DNA from: Candidatus Aenigmatarchaeota archaeon
Lineage (GTDB): Archaea; Aenigmatarchaeota; Aenigmatarchaeia; Aenigmatarchaeales; JACQIB01
Assembly: GCA_016198755.1 (NCBI GenBank)
Contig: JACQIB010000004.1
Location: 96,001 to 160,000, forward strand
Direction: 5' to 3'
Length of the DNA stretch: 64,000 bases
The translations under genes were made by a program, and so were the position numbers. The notes beneath the pieces are model-generated. The model saw only the letters and a list, made by a program, of their open reading frames with translations, ran no database searches and was not told the DNA's origin. Every line of letters starts with the position of its first letter. Positions within the stretch are counted from its first letter, which is position 1. Shown here piece by piece: positions 37,501 through 45,553 of the stretch.

Positions 37501-39654
37501 TATGAAATAAAATTTCTGAGTTGCATTTCCACCAGCAACAGCAGGTATAGTAAAGTTTTTCAGGGTCGCATTCAGGTTTGTTTCGAAAGTTACATTGTTT
37601 ATGGAAACGGATTCTGTGGATACGTTTGTTGAGAATGTGTAGTTTGTAAGTGTGTTTATGCCCACTCCGCTTGCTTGTGAACTCGTGTTGCTTACAAAGC
37701 GGGGCTTTGGAACATCAGAATAAGCTCCTGTGGCTACAAGCTTTACTGATTTGAGCGGACATGCAACATTAGACTGGCATTTTATGTTTACTGAAAATGT
37801 TTTTGGAGTGTCTGTTGACAGGTTGTATACTCCATTGGTGTTTGTTGTTGCATTGTGCCTTATCATGTAGTTGAAAATCTCAACGCCTGCAACAAAAGTA
37901 TAGTTTGTGTAGCTTGTGTTTTCATCGTATGGTGTACTGTTCATTGAAACAGTTATTGCTGTTGTAAGAGCTGACACATCCAAAAGTCCCTCTACCTGCA
38001 GGAAAGCTGATTTCACAACAAAATCATCGTCTATAGGCTTTATTGTAAATGTAGAGTTCCACCAGCTCCCAGCAGAAACAGTTGCTGTGGAAGAGTTCAC
38101 ATAATATTCTTCAGTATCCATATAGTTAGCGGCATCTGAAGTATATGTTATAATAACAGAGGCTGACATTGCTTCGCATGTATCGCCTGCTCCGCATTTC
38201 ACACCGAAAGCAAATCCATATGTGCTATTGTCTGTTATTCCATACAGTCCCTGCACGCTTCCTGTTACGCTGGATGCGTTTGCAAGTACAACAAATCCAT
38301 AGCTTGGGGTTGTACCTGCTATAACTGGGGATAAAATGTTCGTTCCATTAAGCCTGAGGTCAAGTGTGTTGTCAGTGGTTGCAGCGCTCCCAGGATAAAC
38401 ACCTGTAAGTTTTATGTACGATGATTTTACAGCAATGTTTGTGCCTGAAAGGGCAACAGTAAAGGTCGAATTCCACCATGTGCTTGTTCCAACACTTACA
38501 TTTGTGGAGTTGATAAAAACCTCAACTGTTTTTGTTTTCGCAGGTGCTGTATACTGATATGTTACTTTCATTACAGTTCCAAGTGCTCCTGTAGGCGCTC
38601 CGGCTTTGAGTCCATAGAGAAAGGTAGATGGGGTAGAGTTGAGCATATATGTCAGGTTGTTGCTTGCATTCCTTACAATCCTTATTGTGGAAGCTTCCCC
38701 ATTTCCAGCACTTACAGGCGCAGGCCCAAGATTTGTAGAATTCTGTGATACGTTAAGTACCCTATCTACTGTTCCAGTTTCGTCATTTGATCCCCAGGTT
38801 TCAAACCATGCATTTTTCACAACAGCAGCATTATCAGAGAGTGCAGCTGAAAATGTGGAATTCCACCATACACCGGCTCCTGTCTGCGGTCCGCTTGCAT
38901 TCACGAAAAAATCAACTGTACGTACTTCTGTTGCTGCAAATGCTGGTATAGATGTTAATGGGATAAACAACATTATAAAAATAATTGCCAGAAATGTTGG
39001 CTTCTTTTTTCGCAATACAATTCCAAGTGGAATAAAAGCAAGAAGAGGGAGTAAACTGAAAAGCCAGTTTAGGATTGATTTTGGTTCAGTATGAGTTTGG
39101 GATAGCGGGAACTGGGGCGCAGCATTTTCAGATACAACTTTTGTATTATCTTCCTCAGGACCGGTTCCTGGAGGATCGTATGTATAGGTTATTATAGCGC
39201 GTGCAGAGACCGAATTGCAAAGGTCGCCGTTGCACTGCACCCCGAATTTCAGCCTTCTTGAACTGCTGTTTGTTATATTGTAAAGGTTATCGTAGTTACC
39301 CGATGAATTATCCAGAATAGTAAAATATTCAGTTTCTCCGGAATTTGTGAAAGAGTATGTATCAGCAGCTCCTCCGTTCTGCGCTATTTTTATATTGCTT
39401 GCCGCTGTCCCAGCCTTCCCAAAAGAGCCCGAAACTTCTATAAAGGCTGAAATAACCTGAGGAGTTGGATCAGGGAGCTGCACATCATATGTGCTGTTAA
39501 ACCAGTTTCCATTTGGCATTTGCGAATCAGACTGGTTTATGAAAAATACAACTGTTTTTGTGTTGAAAAGATAGCCTGCTTCTGCTACTGGAACAGAGAG
39601 TAAGAAAATCAGGGCAAATAAGAGCGGCAGAGCCAGCAAAGAGAGAGCTTTCAT
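31528..39654 (-). CDS. Giant repetitive surface glycoprotein/adhesin (2708 aa)
   Basis: Signal peptide, 12 copies of a roughly 135-aa domain, 5 copies of a YQYRW domain, very many NxS/T sequons, C-terminal WxL/pilin-like domain. Confidence 0.85.
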   Translation of the reverse strand: MKALSLLALPLLFALIFLLSVPVAEAGYLFNTKTVVFFINQSDSQMPNGNWFNSTYDVQLPDPTPQVISAFIEVSGSFGKAGTAASNIKIAQNGGAADTYSFTNSGETEYFTILDNSSGNYDNLYNITNSSSRRLKFGVQCNGDLCNSVSARAIITYTYDPPGTGPEEDNTKVVSENAAPQFPLSQTHTEPKSILNWLFSLLPLLAFIPLGIVLRKKKPTFLAIIFIMLFIPLTSIPAFAATEVRTVDFFVNASGPQTGAGVWWNSTFSAALSDNAAVVKNAWFETWGSNDETGTVDRVLNVSQNSTNLGPAPVSAGNGEASTIRIVRNASNNLTYMLNSTPSTFLYGLKAGAPTGALGTVMKVTYQYTAPAKTKTVEVFINSTNVSVGTSTWWNSTFTVALSGTNIAVKSSYIKLTGVYPGSAATTDNTLDLRLNGTNILSPVIAGTTPSYGFVVLANASSVTGSVQGLYGITDNSTYGFAFGVKCGAGDTCEAMSASVIITYTSDAANYMDTEEYYVNSSTATVSAGSWWNSTFTIKPIDDDFVVKSAFLQVEGLLDVSALTTAITVSMNSTPYDENTSYTNYTFVAGVEIFNYMIRHNATTNTNGVYNLSTDTPKTFSVNIKCQSNVACPLKSVKLVATGAYSDVPKPRFVSNTSSQASGVGINTLTNYTFSTNVSTESVSINNVTFETNLNATLKNFTIPAVAGGNATQKFYFINFTGSTLSAGNYQYRWIANDSANNINTTGIIPFSIANSQLIFVNNASSMPSNFPINATANYGFSTNITTFGTEIINVTFETNLNATLKNFTISAVAGGNTTFATYTINFTSLTGLTNGTYQYRWIVNDSASGVNTTGVIPYSMNPIPGAASIKTIEWFVNSSNMTTITGDAISNFSIYIPERGVSVKSAWIEVYREGSESAGDYFVIFLNGTPLQYASKAVIGDADLFFPNIWRFNASNASANFNGLYSIAQGENNFGIEVDGFAKNSFNGWIKAYVTYEYDTNSETQLKTVTYFVNRTANVSANSNFTNYNFNLYIPEDQVKVRNSFIEVYTEPAVSGTTKGKTDVYINGTGVDYGLNRSLQTTPRAPTFLMFNASNSTLSYANGLYTAGTGNNLYNITVRSYTNRMDNVWIKVTATYSYAANSTTQLNSVKFFGNRSTFAIAANTNWSSLFDIFIPETSVTIRNAYLDFYTHGNGTAGGTMNISINQSNLQYSSNIAVTDTDIIAPIWVSVNASDGFGELYSTTTGSNRHNVSVWVRTQAQKDSWFRAGLVYTYANDSTSQLKTIGYFINQSNTTNAAQNASTQALYIYTPDNPTVRNSWVDTYVHGSTAGAGQVRIWINHSQINQGQTVIPDTDTVLSPFQGLFNASATTGNDFYALGNATTQYNFSIMVITQQMFNIAPVGWFTYTYSPAPPPQFQNNVTSQPSGTVYQLNKNWGFQTNWTDNFGVQIVFFESNFNSSLKNFTVGRTAGDSFNGLYLINFTNISTGSYQYRWIANDTDNYVNTTGVIPYSVGNRTPVFINNATSIPDLDTIHSTGNYGFSTNISTEVAEIVNVTFETNLNSSLKNFTLTKLAGGNLTQAIYTINFTGLTNGTYQYRWIANDTMQQINDTGVIPYIINPLVGNHSIKTIEWFINSSNMTDASGVFTSNFSVYIPERGVSVKSAWIEVYTEGDAGGGANLRVLLNGTPLDYASKVGIMDADQVFPSIYRFNASNTTTPYSGLYGITQGDNKFGLEIKSDAKQFFNTWAKAYITYEYDIISETHLKTITYFVNRTANITANSNFTTMDFNLYIPENQITVRNAFVEVYGETNVGGTAQGKADVYINQTALYYSLNRSVQTSTRAPIHWAFNASNNTQNYVNGFYNAGTGNNYYNVTFRTYTNRLDDAWIKATVTYSYDSSSTTQLKHVRFFGNRTFSIAANTNWSSLFDMYIPESSVAVRSAYLTIYTQGNGTAGGIMNITVNGSNLQYGNNIGVADTDFISPKWIIVNGSDGSGEFYSTTTGDNRHNVTLWARTQAQSNTWFTADLIYTYPNDSSTQLKTIGYFTNFSNTTNAAQNASTQALYIYTPDNPAVRNSWIDIPVKGSTAGVGQIRPWINHSQVQQGQIVVQDSDLLSPEQHLFNASNLSGNSAPAGSGIDFYGLANATTQYNFSIMVITQQMFDIAPTAWFTYTYTAVAPNNNPNYTNNFTSVPSATVYAPGKNYGFQANWSDDGGIDTVLFEANLNSSLTNYTVARSTGDQINGLYVINFSDLAGGSYQYRWIGTDTTSKVNTTRVIPYSVAVNTSNFVDLTLDNGTVSFNSNKAMFYGANIIATASKNFSTAGTANLFRDGVSKSSTETIKLGAGTYSYKVNMSSNANYSANDTGASYTLTVNTLTPTITLTISPSSPITYPTTSQSNCSSSNTDAGVTVKLYRNISSLSFDVTTPENSTTFRLNVSTWQYICNSTATTNFTVGSSSLNYLVNKGATNLTVLLNGTDGNRDYNDTDTLNITVLLNSTTQALNFSVQTVKIDSNFTGWINATSGAPPLINLTGPFSTAGNYNVTGYFTGDENYSAGARTVYANVSGAACSISLGLSTNLSAPIGYDVINPGTTINATGNNGTGVTTFSVQLTNAGCSADIWLRANDHLTNKTGGTSIIGISNMTFLNSSTDNTLETISPFQTMSLTDQLVKSQIAAGTTTVYFKFRLAIPTGQTPGLYNNSIIFTANKSS
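32800..37400 (-). repeat. Internal tandem duplication of about 2.28 kb within the giant gene (boundaries approximate)
   Basis: Identical nucleotide blocks at about 34656/36927 and 33184/35473 (offsets 2271 and 2289 bp); the protein blocks beginning IKTIEWF repeat. Confidence 0.85.
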
Positions 39655-39710
39655 GGGTTTAATTTAGTGCGTAAGCATATATTTAATGGTTATTTGTGCC
39701 TTTTGGAGGT

Positions 39711-40889
39711 TTAGCTCTGGAAAATCACATTATCTATCAGGAAGCTTGAACCCGGGAACTGGTTGCAGCTGTCTGTGGCTGTATAAAACCGCATTAACTT
39801 ACCCTTGTCTATAATAGTATTGGAATTTGCTGTTATATTATACCATCCACCTCCGACATCAATTGTGGATGTTTTATACTCCCCCGGAGTTGAAATAATA
39901 TTCCCAGCCGAATCTATCTCAAACGGAAGGCTTGTATCAGAATCCCCATTTGCAAATAAAACCTCCACACCGAAAGCCCAGTTGCAGGTTGCCCCATTTG
40001 TAAAGTTAGGTAGGTAATTAAAGCTTACATTGAATAATCCTGTTCCTGTGGCTTCCAGCTTATCAGAAAAAACCCTTTGGGGTGCCCCAAGGTATTTTAT
40101 ACGCAGTGCTGTTGCAGACTGGTAACCAGATTCCAGAGGATTATATTCCCAGTTTATCTCATCTGCAGCACCGTTTATATCCTGCATGAGCGTCCAGTTC
40201 TCGGGCAGGCTTGAATTGCCTGCACGCACGGTTTCCAAATCATAGTTAGATATTCTTGACGCATCTTTCTGTGCACTAACATCACCCCCATCAGCTGAGA
40301 GGCTTGGTATAGTCCAGCGTACTCCGTCTTTTTTTCCAACATTGTTCTTATCTAACAGAGCTTTCCTAATATTCTTCTTATTGCTGTCCAATACAACAGA
40401 ATAATGATATTCCGGTGGTAGCCCAGGAAGATCTGTATTGATTGGTATGTTTTTATAATGATAATCAGATTTTACAGTTACATGTTTTTTATAGTTGGTT
40501 TGCTCGCTGTTCAATATACTTTCAGTAACGTATATTGGCGATGTTTGGAAGCGAAAAACCCATGAAGAATCCCCTGGCGGGGCATCAAAAGAAACAGTTT
40601 CCTTCCCATGTATTTTTGCATTAGCAGGTGCTGATATTACTTCAGCTCCCTTTCCAAAGTTTAATTTAGTTGTTTTTGCAAATAGTCCTGGATTTTTTGC
40701 AATAACTGTCCTATCCCATACTATTGGTTTTTCATAGACAAACCCAGAAACCAGCGAATATGTGCTTGTTGTAGAAACCTCACCTGTTTTTGCTGGCGCA
40801 AGACCGGTGTTAACAGAAACATTATAAAGCCCAAGGGCTAGAAAAAGTACTGTTATGACTGCAAAAGCCAAAAGAGGTATCTTTCCCAT
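39711..40889 (-). CDS. Surface protein with C-terminal CBM4/9-like domain (paralog A)
   Basis: N-terminal TM; ISNYDLE...PENW...IDNV jelly-roll pattern. Confidence 0.65.
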   Translation of the reverse strand: MGKIPLLAFAVITVLFLALGLYNVSVNTGLAPAKTGEVSTTSTYSLVSGFVYEKPIVWDRTVIAKNPGLFAKTTKLNFGKGAEVISAPANAKIHGKETVSFDAPPGDSSWVFRFQTSPIYVTESILNSEQTNYKKHVTVKSDYHYKNIPINTDLPGLPPEYHYSVVLDSNKKNIRKALLDKNNVGKKDGVRWTIPSLSADGGDVSAQKDASRISNYDLETVRAGNSSLPENWTLMQDINGAADEINWEYNPLESGYQSATALRIKYLGAPQRVFSDKLEATGTGLFNVSFNYLPNFTNGATCNWAFGVEVLFANGDSDTSLPFEIDSAGNIISTPGEYKTSTIDVGGGWYNITANSNTIIDKGKLMRFYTATDSCNQFPGSSFLIDNVIFQS

Positions 40890-40935
40890 AATTAAAATAT
40901 ATGATGGTTGTTAATATAGCTTTCTGTTTTAAAAT

Positions 40936-42120
40936 TTAGGCTTCAAACACAACGTTATCCATTAAGACGCTTGATCCAGGGAACTGATTGCAGCTCTCAG
41001 TGTCTATATAAAATTGCATAGACTTATCAGGATCTATCAGTACATTTGACTTTGCATCCACATGGTACCAGCCATCAGTCAGCGGGGTTACAACTGTATT
41101 ATACTCCCCTGGGGTTGAAACAATATTCCCGGCTGAATCTATCTCAAACGGAAGGCTTGTATCAGATTCTCCTGTTGCAAAGAAAACTTCCACACCGAAA
41201 GCCCAGTTGCAGATTGCTCCGCTCTCAAACTGGGGATTAAAATCAAAGCTTATATTGAAAGTTCCGGTGCCCAGTGTAGATAGATTATCAGAATATATCC
41301 TGTATGTGCCCAAGTGCTTTACTCTTAGTGAGCTGGAAGACTGCCAGCCAGCTTCCAAGGGATCATATCCCCAGTCAATTGCATCAGTTCTGGCAGTCGG
41401 ATCCTGTGTCAAAGTCCATCCATCAGGTTTCTTATCATTGTTAGCTCTGCCTGTCTCAAACTTGTAATTCGAAATCCTTGAAGGCACTTTCTGTGCTGCA
41501 ACACCAAAGCTTTCAGTTGATAAATGGGCAACTGTCCAGCGAGTAGAATCTTTGTTCCCATCCCCATCATTATCATACAAAACCTTCCTTGTCTCCTGCC
41601 CTGTGCTCTGCGGAGTAATAGAATAAACATGGGTTGCAGGGAGATTTGGTAAAGAAGTTAAAGCAGGTATATTTGTATAATGGTAATTTGAGGAAACAGT
41701 AACAATTTTATTGTAGTTTGCTGGATCAGAGTTTAGAACCTGTTCAGTAACAGTTATGGGAGCTGTTTCAAACCTTATAATCCATACAGAATCTCCCGAA
41801 GGAGCCTTTATTACAAACTTTTTCTTTCCTTCCATTTTTACCCCATCAGGAACACTAACAACCTCAGCTCCCTTGCCAAGCTTTATTTTAACCTTCTTAT
41901 TCTTTTCTGTTGGATTGTGTACATATACTGTCCTGTCCCATGTAATTGGCTGGTTCAAAACAAAACCTGAAACAAGGCTGTCTGTTTGCGTGAAAGTAAC
42001 CTTATTATCCTCAACCTCTGCTGCTTCTATATCATCATCAGCCAGAACAGCTGTAGAATAAGAAGCAAAAAATAGTGCAAATACAGAAACTAAAAGAAGT
42101 ACACCAATAGCATGCTTCAT
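40936..42120 (-). CDS. Secreted protein with C-terminal CBM4/9-like domain (paralog B)
   Basis: Full-length similarity to 39711-40889, including a 32-bp identical stretch (39910-39941 vs 41135-41166). Confidence 0.65.
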   Translation of the reverse strand: MKHAIGVLLLVSVFALFFASYSTAVLADDDIEAAEVEDNKVTFTQTDSLVSGFVLNQPITWDRTVYVHNPTEKNKKVKIKLGKGAEVVSVPDGVKMEGKKKFVIKAPSGDSVWIIRFETAPITVTEQVLNSDPANYNKIVTVSSNYHYTNIPALTSLPNLPATHVYSITPQSTGQETRKVLYDNDGDGNKDSTRWTVAHLSTESFGVAAQKVPSRISNYKFETGRANNDKKPDGWTLTQDPTARTDAIDWGYDPLEAGWQSSSSLRVKHLGTYRIYSDNLSTLGTGTFNISFDFNPQFESGAICNWAFGVEVFFATGESDTSLPFEIDSAGNIVSTPGEYNTVVTPLTDGWYHVDAKSNVLIDPDKSMQFYIDTESCNQFPGSSVLMDNVVFEA

Positions 42121-42185
42121 AGGATACTATTCTATAGAAATATAATAAATACACACACCCCATGACAAATAATAAAAATTTTTGA

Positions 42186-43733
42186 CTATTTTGTTATGAA
42201 ACCGCTTACAACAAAATTTTCAAATCCTGAGAGGCATCCTTGGCTGTTTGAGGAAATAAACGGCACATAAAGCCTTCCATCAGGGATCGATTCTCTGGTT
42301 TTAATTTGTATGTGCTGCCAGCCAAAGTCTGTATTTTCTATGGTTCCTGAGAAATCAGGCAAACCTGCCGGAAGCAAATCCAATGTTGTATTTGCATTTA
42401 TACCTGCAGTATAGGTTGTATCAGACTCTCCGTTTGGATAGAAAACTTCTATTCCCGCTCTTCCAATCTGGCATTGAGATTCATAGTCTGTTTTGAAATA
42501 GAAATCCAATCCAACCTGCTTATTTCCCCCCGCTTGCACCTTTCTGTACATAGTAAGCGGATTACCTGTTTTAAGAATAATCCCGCGCGAATCCACAAAA
42601 CCTTCTGTTATAGCAGTATAATTCAAATCTTCACTTTCTTCTATTCTGTCGGCATTCGCTCTTGCAAACCAGCCTTCATTTTCTAATATTTCCTTTTCTG
42701 TTTTTTTCTTTTGTTTTTGTTTTACATCCAAACTTACTGAAGCTTTTACCTTTCCCTGCACAAGGCTTGTTATAGTATAGTATTCCAGAACCTGTTGGAA
42801 TCCTTCGCTTGGCCTGAAAATAAGCCTTAATTTTCCTGTATTATTTTGTATATTGTAAATTCCCTCTCCATCAGTTCCCTCAAAAACTAGCTCTTCTTTT
42901 CCATTGAAATCCACCCAAATTGAACCTAGGCTGCCTACAATAACCTGACCTGTTGCTCCCTGCAATGTTGTATTTTCTTCTGTTGTAGTTGTTGGAACCG
43001 TGGTTGTGGTAGAAATTGTTGTACTTGTGATTGTAGTAGATGTTGTGGAAGTTGTAGTCTGGTTTTCTTGTTGTATGGTTGTTTCTGTCTGATTGGTAAG
43101 TACCAGTGTGGTTGTTGTATTTTCTGATGTGGTGTTTTCTAAGGAAGGTATTATAGTGATGCTTGTTGTACTGGTTGTTTGGTTTGCCTGTTCCAACGTG
43201 GTTGTGGTTTCCACAATGTTTATTATCTTCTTTCCCAATGAACTGATTTTGAAAGAAAGCAACACAGGATTTTTAATCCCCTCCAAATCAATTATAAAAT
43301 CCCCCTCAGAAAATGACTTTCCAACAGGGAATTTATCTTCTTTTTCCAGCATACCATCTCCCATAGCATCCACAGAAATAACTCCCACAGCGTCTGATGT
43401 GAAGTTTAGCTCTCTTTTCTCCCCGCCTCCTATATTATTAACAAACCAGGAAATTTTCTTCCCTTCAACATACCCATCAACGGGATTTATTATATTTGAA
43501 TTTTCCGGCAGGGAAACTAAAACCGTAATATTTTCAATATTTTCCCTCCCTATATTAGAGAGTGTTACCAAGAACCCATTTTCCCCAATCTCATTTATCC
43601 CTACTGAAAGGGTCCCTTTTCCAAACAGAGAAAATCCCCCTATGCCCTCAGGTGAAAATAGCATCAAAAACCCGAATATACCAAAAATAAGGGCTAGAGA
43701 CAATGTAATTTTGAACGCAAATGATTTTTCCAT
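42186..43733 (-). CDS. Surface protein with DUF11/Ig-like domain, Thr-rich linker and related C-terminal domain
   Basis: N-terminal TM; GIEVFYPNGESDT matches GVEV(L/F)FA.G.SDT of the two adjacent paralogs. Confidence 0.6.
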   Translation of the reverse strand: MEKSFAFKITLSLALIFGIFGFLMLFSPEGIGGFSLFGKGTLSVGINEIGENGFLVTLSNIGRENIENITVLVSLPENSNIINPVDGYVEGKKISWFVNNIGGGEKRELNFTSDAVGVISVDAMGDGMLEKEDKFPVGKSFSEGDFIIDLEGIKNPVLLSFKISSLGKKIINIVETTTTLEQANQTTSTTSITIIPSLENTTSENTTTTLVLTNQTETTIQQENQTTTSTTSTTITSTTISTTTTVPTTTTEENTTLQGATGQVIVGSLGSIWVDFNGKEELVFEGTDGEGIYNIQNNTGKLRLIFRPSEGFQQVLEYYTITSLVQGKVKASVSLDVKQKQKKKTEKEILENEGWFARANADRIEESEDLNYTAITEGFVDSRGIILKTGNPLTMYRKVQAGGNKQVGLDFYFKTDYESQCQIGRAGIEVFYPNGESDTTYTAGINANTTLDLLPAGLPDFSGTIENTDFGWQHIQIKTRESIPDGRLYVPFISSNSQGCLSGFENFVVSGFITK

Positions 43734-43787
43734 ACCCCAACCTCAACTATTTATACCTGTCCGCGTATTTATTTAAACAGTGGTTTT

Positions 43788-44414
43788 ATGGACTGGAAGA
43801 TATGGGCTGTTGTTTTGGTGGCTCTTGGGATAGTTGCTTCTGCTTTTATAGTTTCTTCAGGCAGTCCAAGTGGCTATATTGCATTCCCATCTTTGCCTGA
43901 GGAAAAGAAAGCAGCCTTTTCAGCAGATCTTACAGTGCGTTCATTCTCTTTGGATGCTCCGGCAGAGTTATTGACCATTGATTTCAAAGATTCCAACTCA
44001 AGCCTTTTTGTTGGTGCAGATAAAATAGATATTCTTTCAGATACTTCTACAGGAACCCTTGTTCTGGAAAAGTTCAAAGGAAAAATAGCTTATAATGGCC
44101 TGCTGACTTTAGTGGGAACAGCAGAAGCTGTTTCTGTTAACGGAGTAAGGTTTAAAGCCCGTTCAGTACGTTTGGAAAGCAATTCAATAGAGTTCAGAAA
44201 AGTTTCAATAGATGGGGTTTCTATCCCCTCCCTATCTGTAACAGGCTCAGGAACAGTGAATGTGAATTCAGGCAAATACTCTGCAAAAATGGAAGGGGAA
44301 ACACTAGAATCCGGTCCTTTCTCCGGTAGAATCGATCTCTCGCAGAGTGACAGTTTTTATCTCTCCGGTTCTGCAGCACGTTTACATATTGGAGAGCGCG
44401 TACGCTTTGCCTAA
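43788..44414 (+). CDS. Membrane-anchored beta-rich hypothetical protein
   Basis: N-terminal TM, TATA-like TTTAAA upstream. Confidence 0.6.
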   Translation: MDWKIWAVVLVALGIVASAFIVSSGSPSGYIAFPSLPEEKKAAFSADLTVRSFSLDAPAELLTIDFKDSNSSLFVGADKIDILSDTSTGTLVLEKFKGKIAYNGLLTLVGTAEAVSVNGVRFKARSVRLESNSIEFRKVSIDGVSIPSLSVTGSGTVNVNSGKYSAKMEGETLESGPFSGRIDLSQSDSFYLSGSAARLHIGERVRFA

Positions 44415-44472
44415 CTAATCCGGCTTGGGTAGAAAAGGCAGCTTTATATACCACTATATAGTAATAAAATAT

Positions 44473-44727
44473 ATGGGAAATCTCTTTGTCCGCGATGGTG
44501 TTGTAGGACATCTCTCACCGCTCTTATTTCTCCAGAGCGATAAGCCTATATATTTTGATAGGAATACAGGTATGTATCATTTAATGCCAGAGTCGGAGGG
44601 TTCGCAGGTGTCTACAGGTCTAAGTGTTCTTTGTGCTCGGGGTGGAGCATACAACCTTCCCGCATTCTTAATACTTCTGGGAGGAAAAAATCCAAGACAG
44701 TCTGGTCATAACTCTGAAGAGAAGTAA
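44473..44727 (+). CDS. Small hypothetical protein (probably leaderless)
   Basis: TTTATATA at 44443-44450, 22 nt before the ATG. Confidence 0.4.
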   Translation: MGNLFVRDGVVGHLSPLLFLQSDKPIYFDRNTGMYHLMPESEGSQVSTGLSVLCARGGAYNLPAFLILLGGKNPRQSGHNSEEK

Positions 44728-44728
44728 C

Positions 44729-45127
44729 TTACCTGTTTTCTTTTCTTTTGCTTTCTTCTTCTAACAGCTCTTTTTTCATTTGTGCCAGCTCATCTTTCCT
44801 GCTGGTTTTCAGCAGGGCACGGAAAGGCCATGTTACAATCTTTAAAACAAAAATAGCCACGTGAGCAAACTCATACAGAAGGAACAGGCCCAGAGCATAG
44901 CCTGCAAACTGAATGCTATTTTCTATTGTTGGTGGCGGGAGCGGGAAAACTATACCCAGCTTTGCAAAGATTAACGGCGCTATATACAAAAACCCAAACC
45001 CTGCGGCAGCAGCTATTCCAGCTCTCAGAGCCAGCTTGAAAAGCCTGTATAGTAGGAAAAGGGCAATAAAAAAGAGCAAAGCCGCTGGCAGTGTTTCTAT
45101 TGGTATCCCAAAAATCTCTGCAGCCAT
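44729..45127 (-). CDS. Small membrane protein
   Basis: GGAGG SD, about 3 TM segments, charged tail. Confidence 0.7.
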   Translation of the reverse strand: MAAEIFGIPIETLPAALLFFIALFLLYRLFKLALRAGIAAAAGFGFLYIAPLIFAKLGIVFPLPPPTIENSIQFAGYALGLFLLYEFAHVAIFVLKIVTWPFRALLKTSRKDELAQMKKELLEEESKRKENR

Positions 45128-45170
45128 AACCCTCCTTTGGAAAGCTAGAATAAAAAGCTGCTTATTTGCA

Positions 45171-45551
45171 CTACATTATAATTTTGTTCATTTCTTCTAT
45201 TTTTTCGAAATCCCTGTCTGATGTAACTAGCATCATGCCATTTTCTATGGCTTGTGCTGCAATAAAAAGATCAGAAAAATGTTGGCCACCATATTTTTGT
45301 TTTAATATAGATAATATATGAGCTGTATTTTTTGTAGTTTGTACAACTTCAAAATTTTCTATAAAAGCTAAAGATTTTTCTTTGTTGTGGATGTGTTTTT
45401 CCCTTAAGCCGTAAATAAATTCAAAATACGAAATAAAAGAAATTTTTGGTGGTTCAGGATAGTCCACCTTCAGATTTGATACCTTTTCTATGATACTCTT
45501 CTGTCTTCTATCCAGATCTATTACTATGGAAGTATCGAAAATAAGCATCAT
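45171..45551 (-). CDS. vapC: VapC PIN-domain toxin
   Basis: IFDTSIVID, E, SDLFIAA, LVTSDRDF. Confidence 0.9.
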   Translation of the reverse strand: MMLIFDTSIVIDLDRRQKSIIEKVSNLKVDYPEPPKISFISYFEFIYGLREKHIHNKEKSLAFIENFEVVQTTKNTAHILSILKQKYGGQHFSDLFIAAQAIENGMMLVTSDRDFEKIEEMNKIIM

Positions 45552-45553
45552 AC

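Noticed and set aside
39890-41220. Near-identical segments in the tandem paralogs as a DGR TR/VR pair
   Set aside because: Both copies are coding, and the differences I checked look mostly synonymous rather than adenine-specific.
43093-43776. 227-aa plus-strand ORF and similar Val-rich ORFs (19928, 53887)
   Set aside because: Antisense shadows of Thr-rich surface protein genes.
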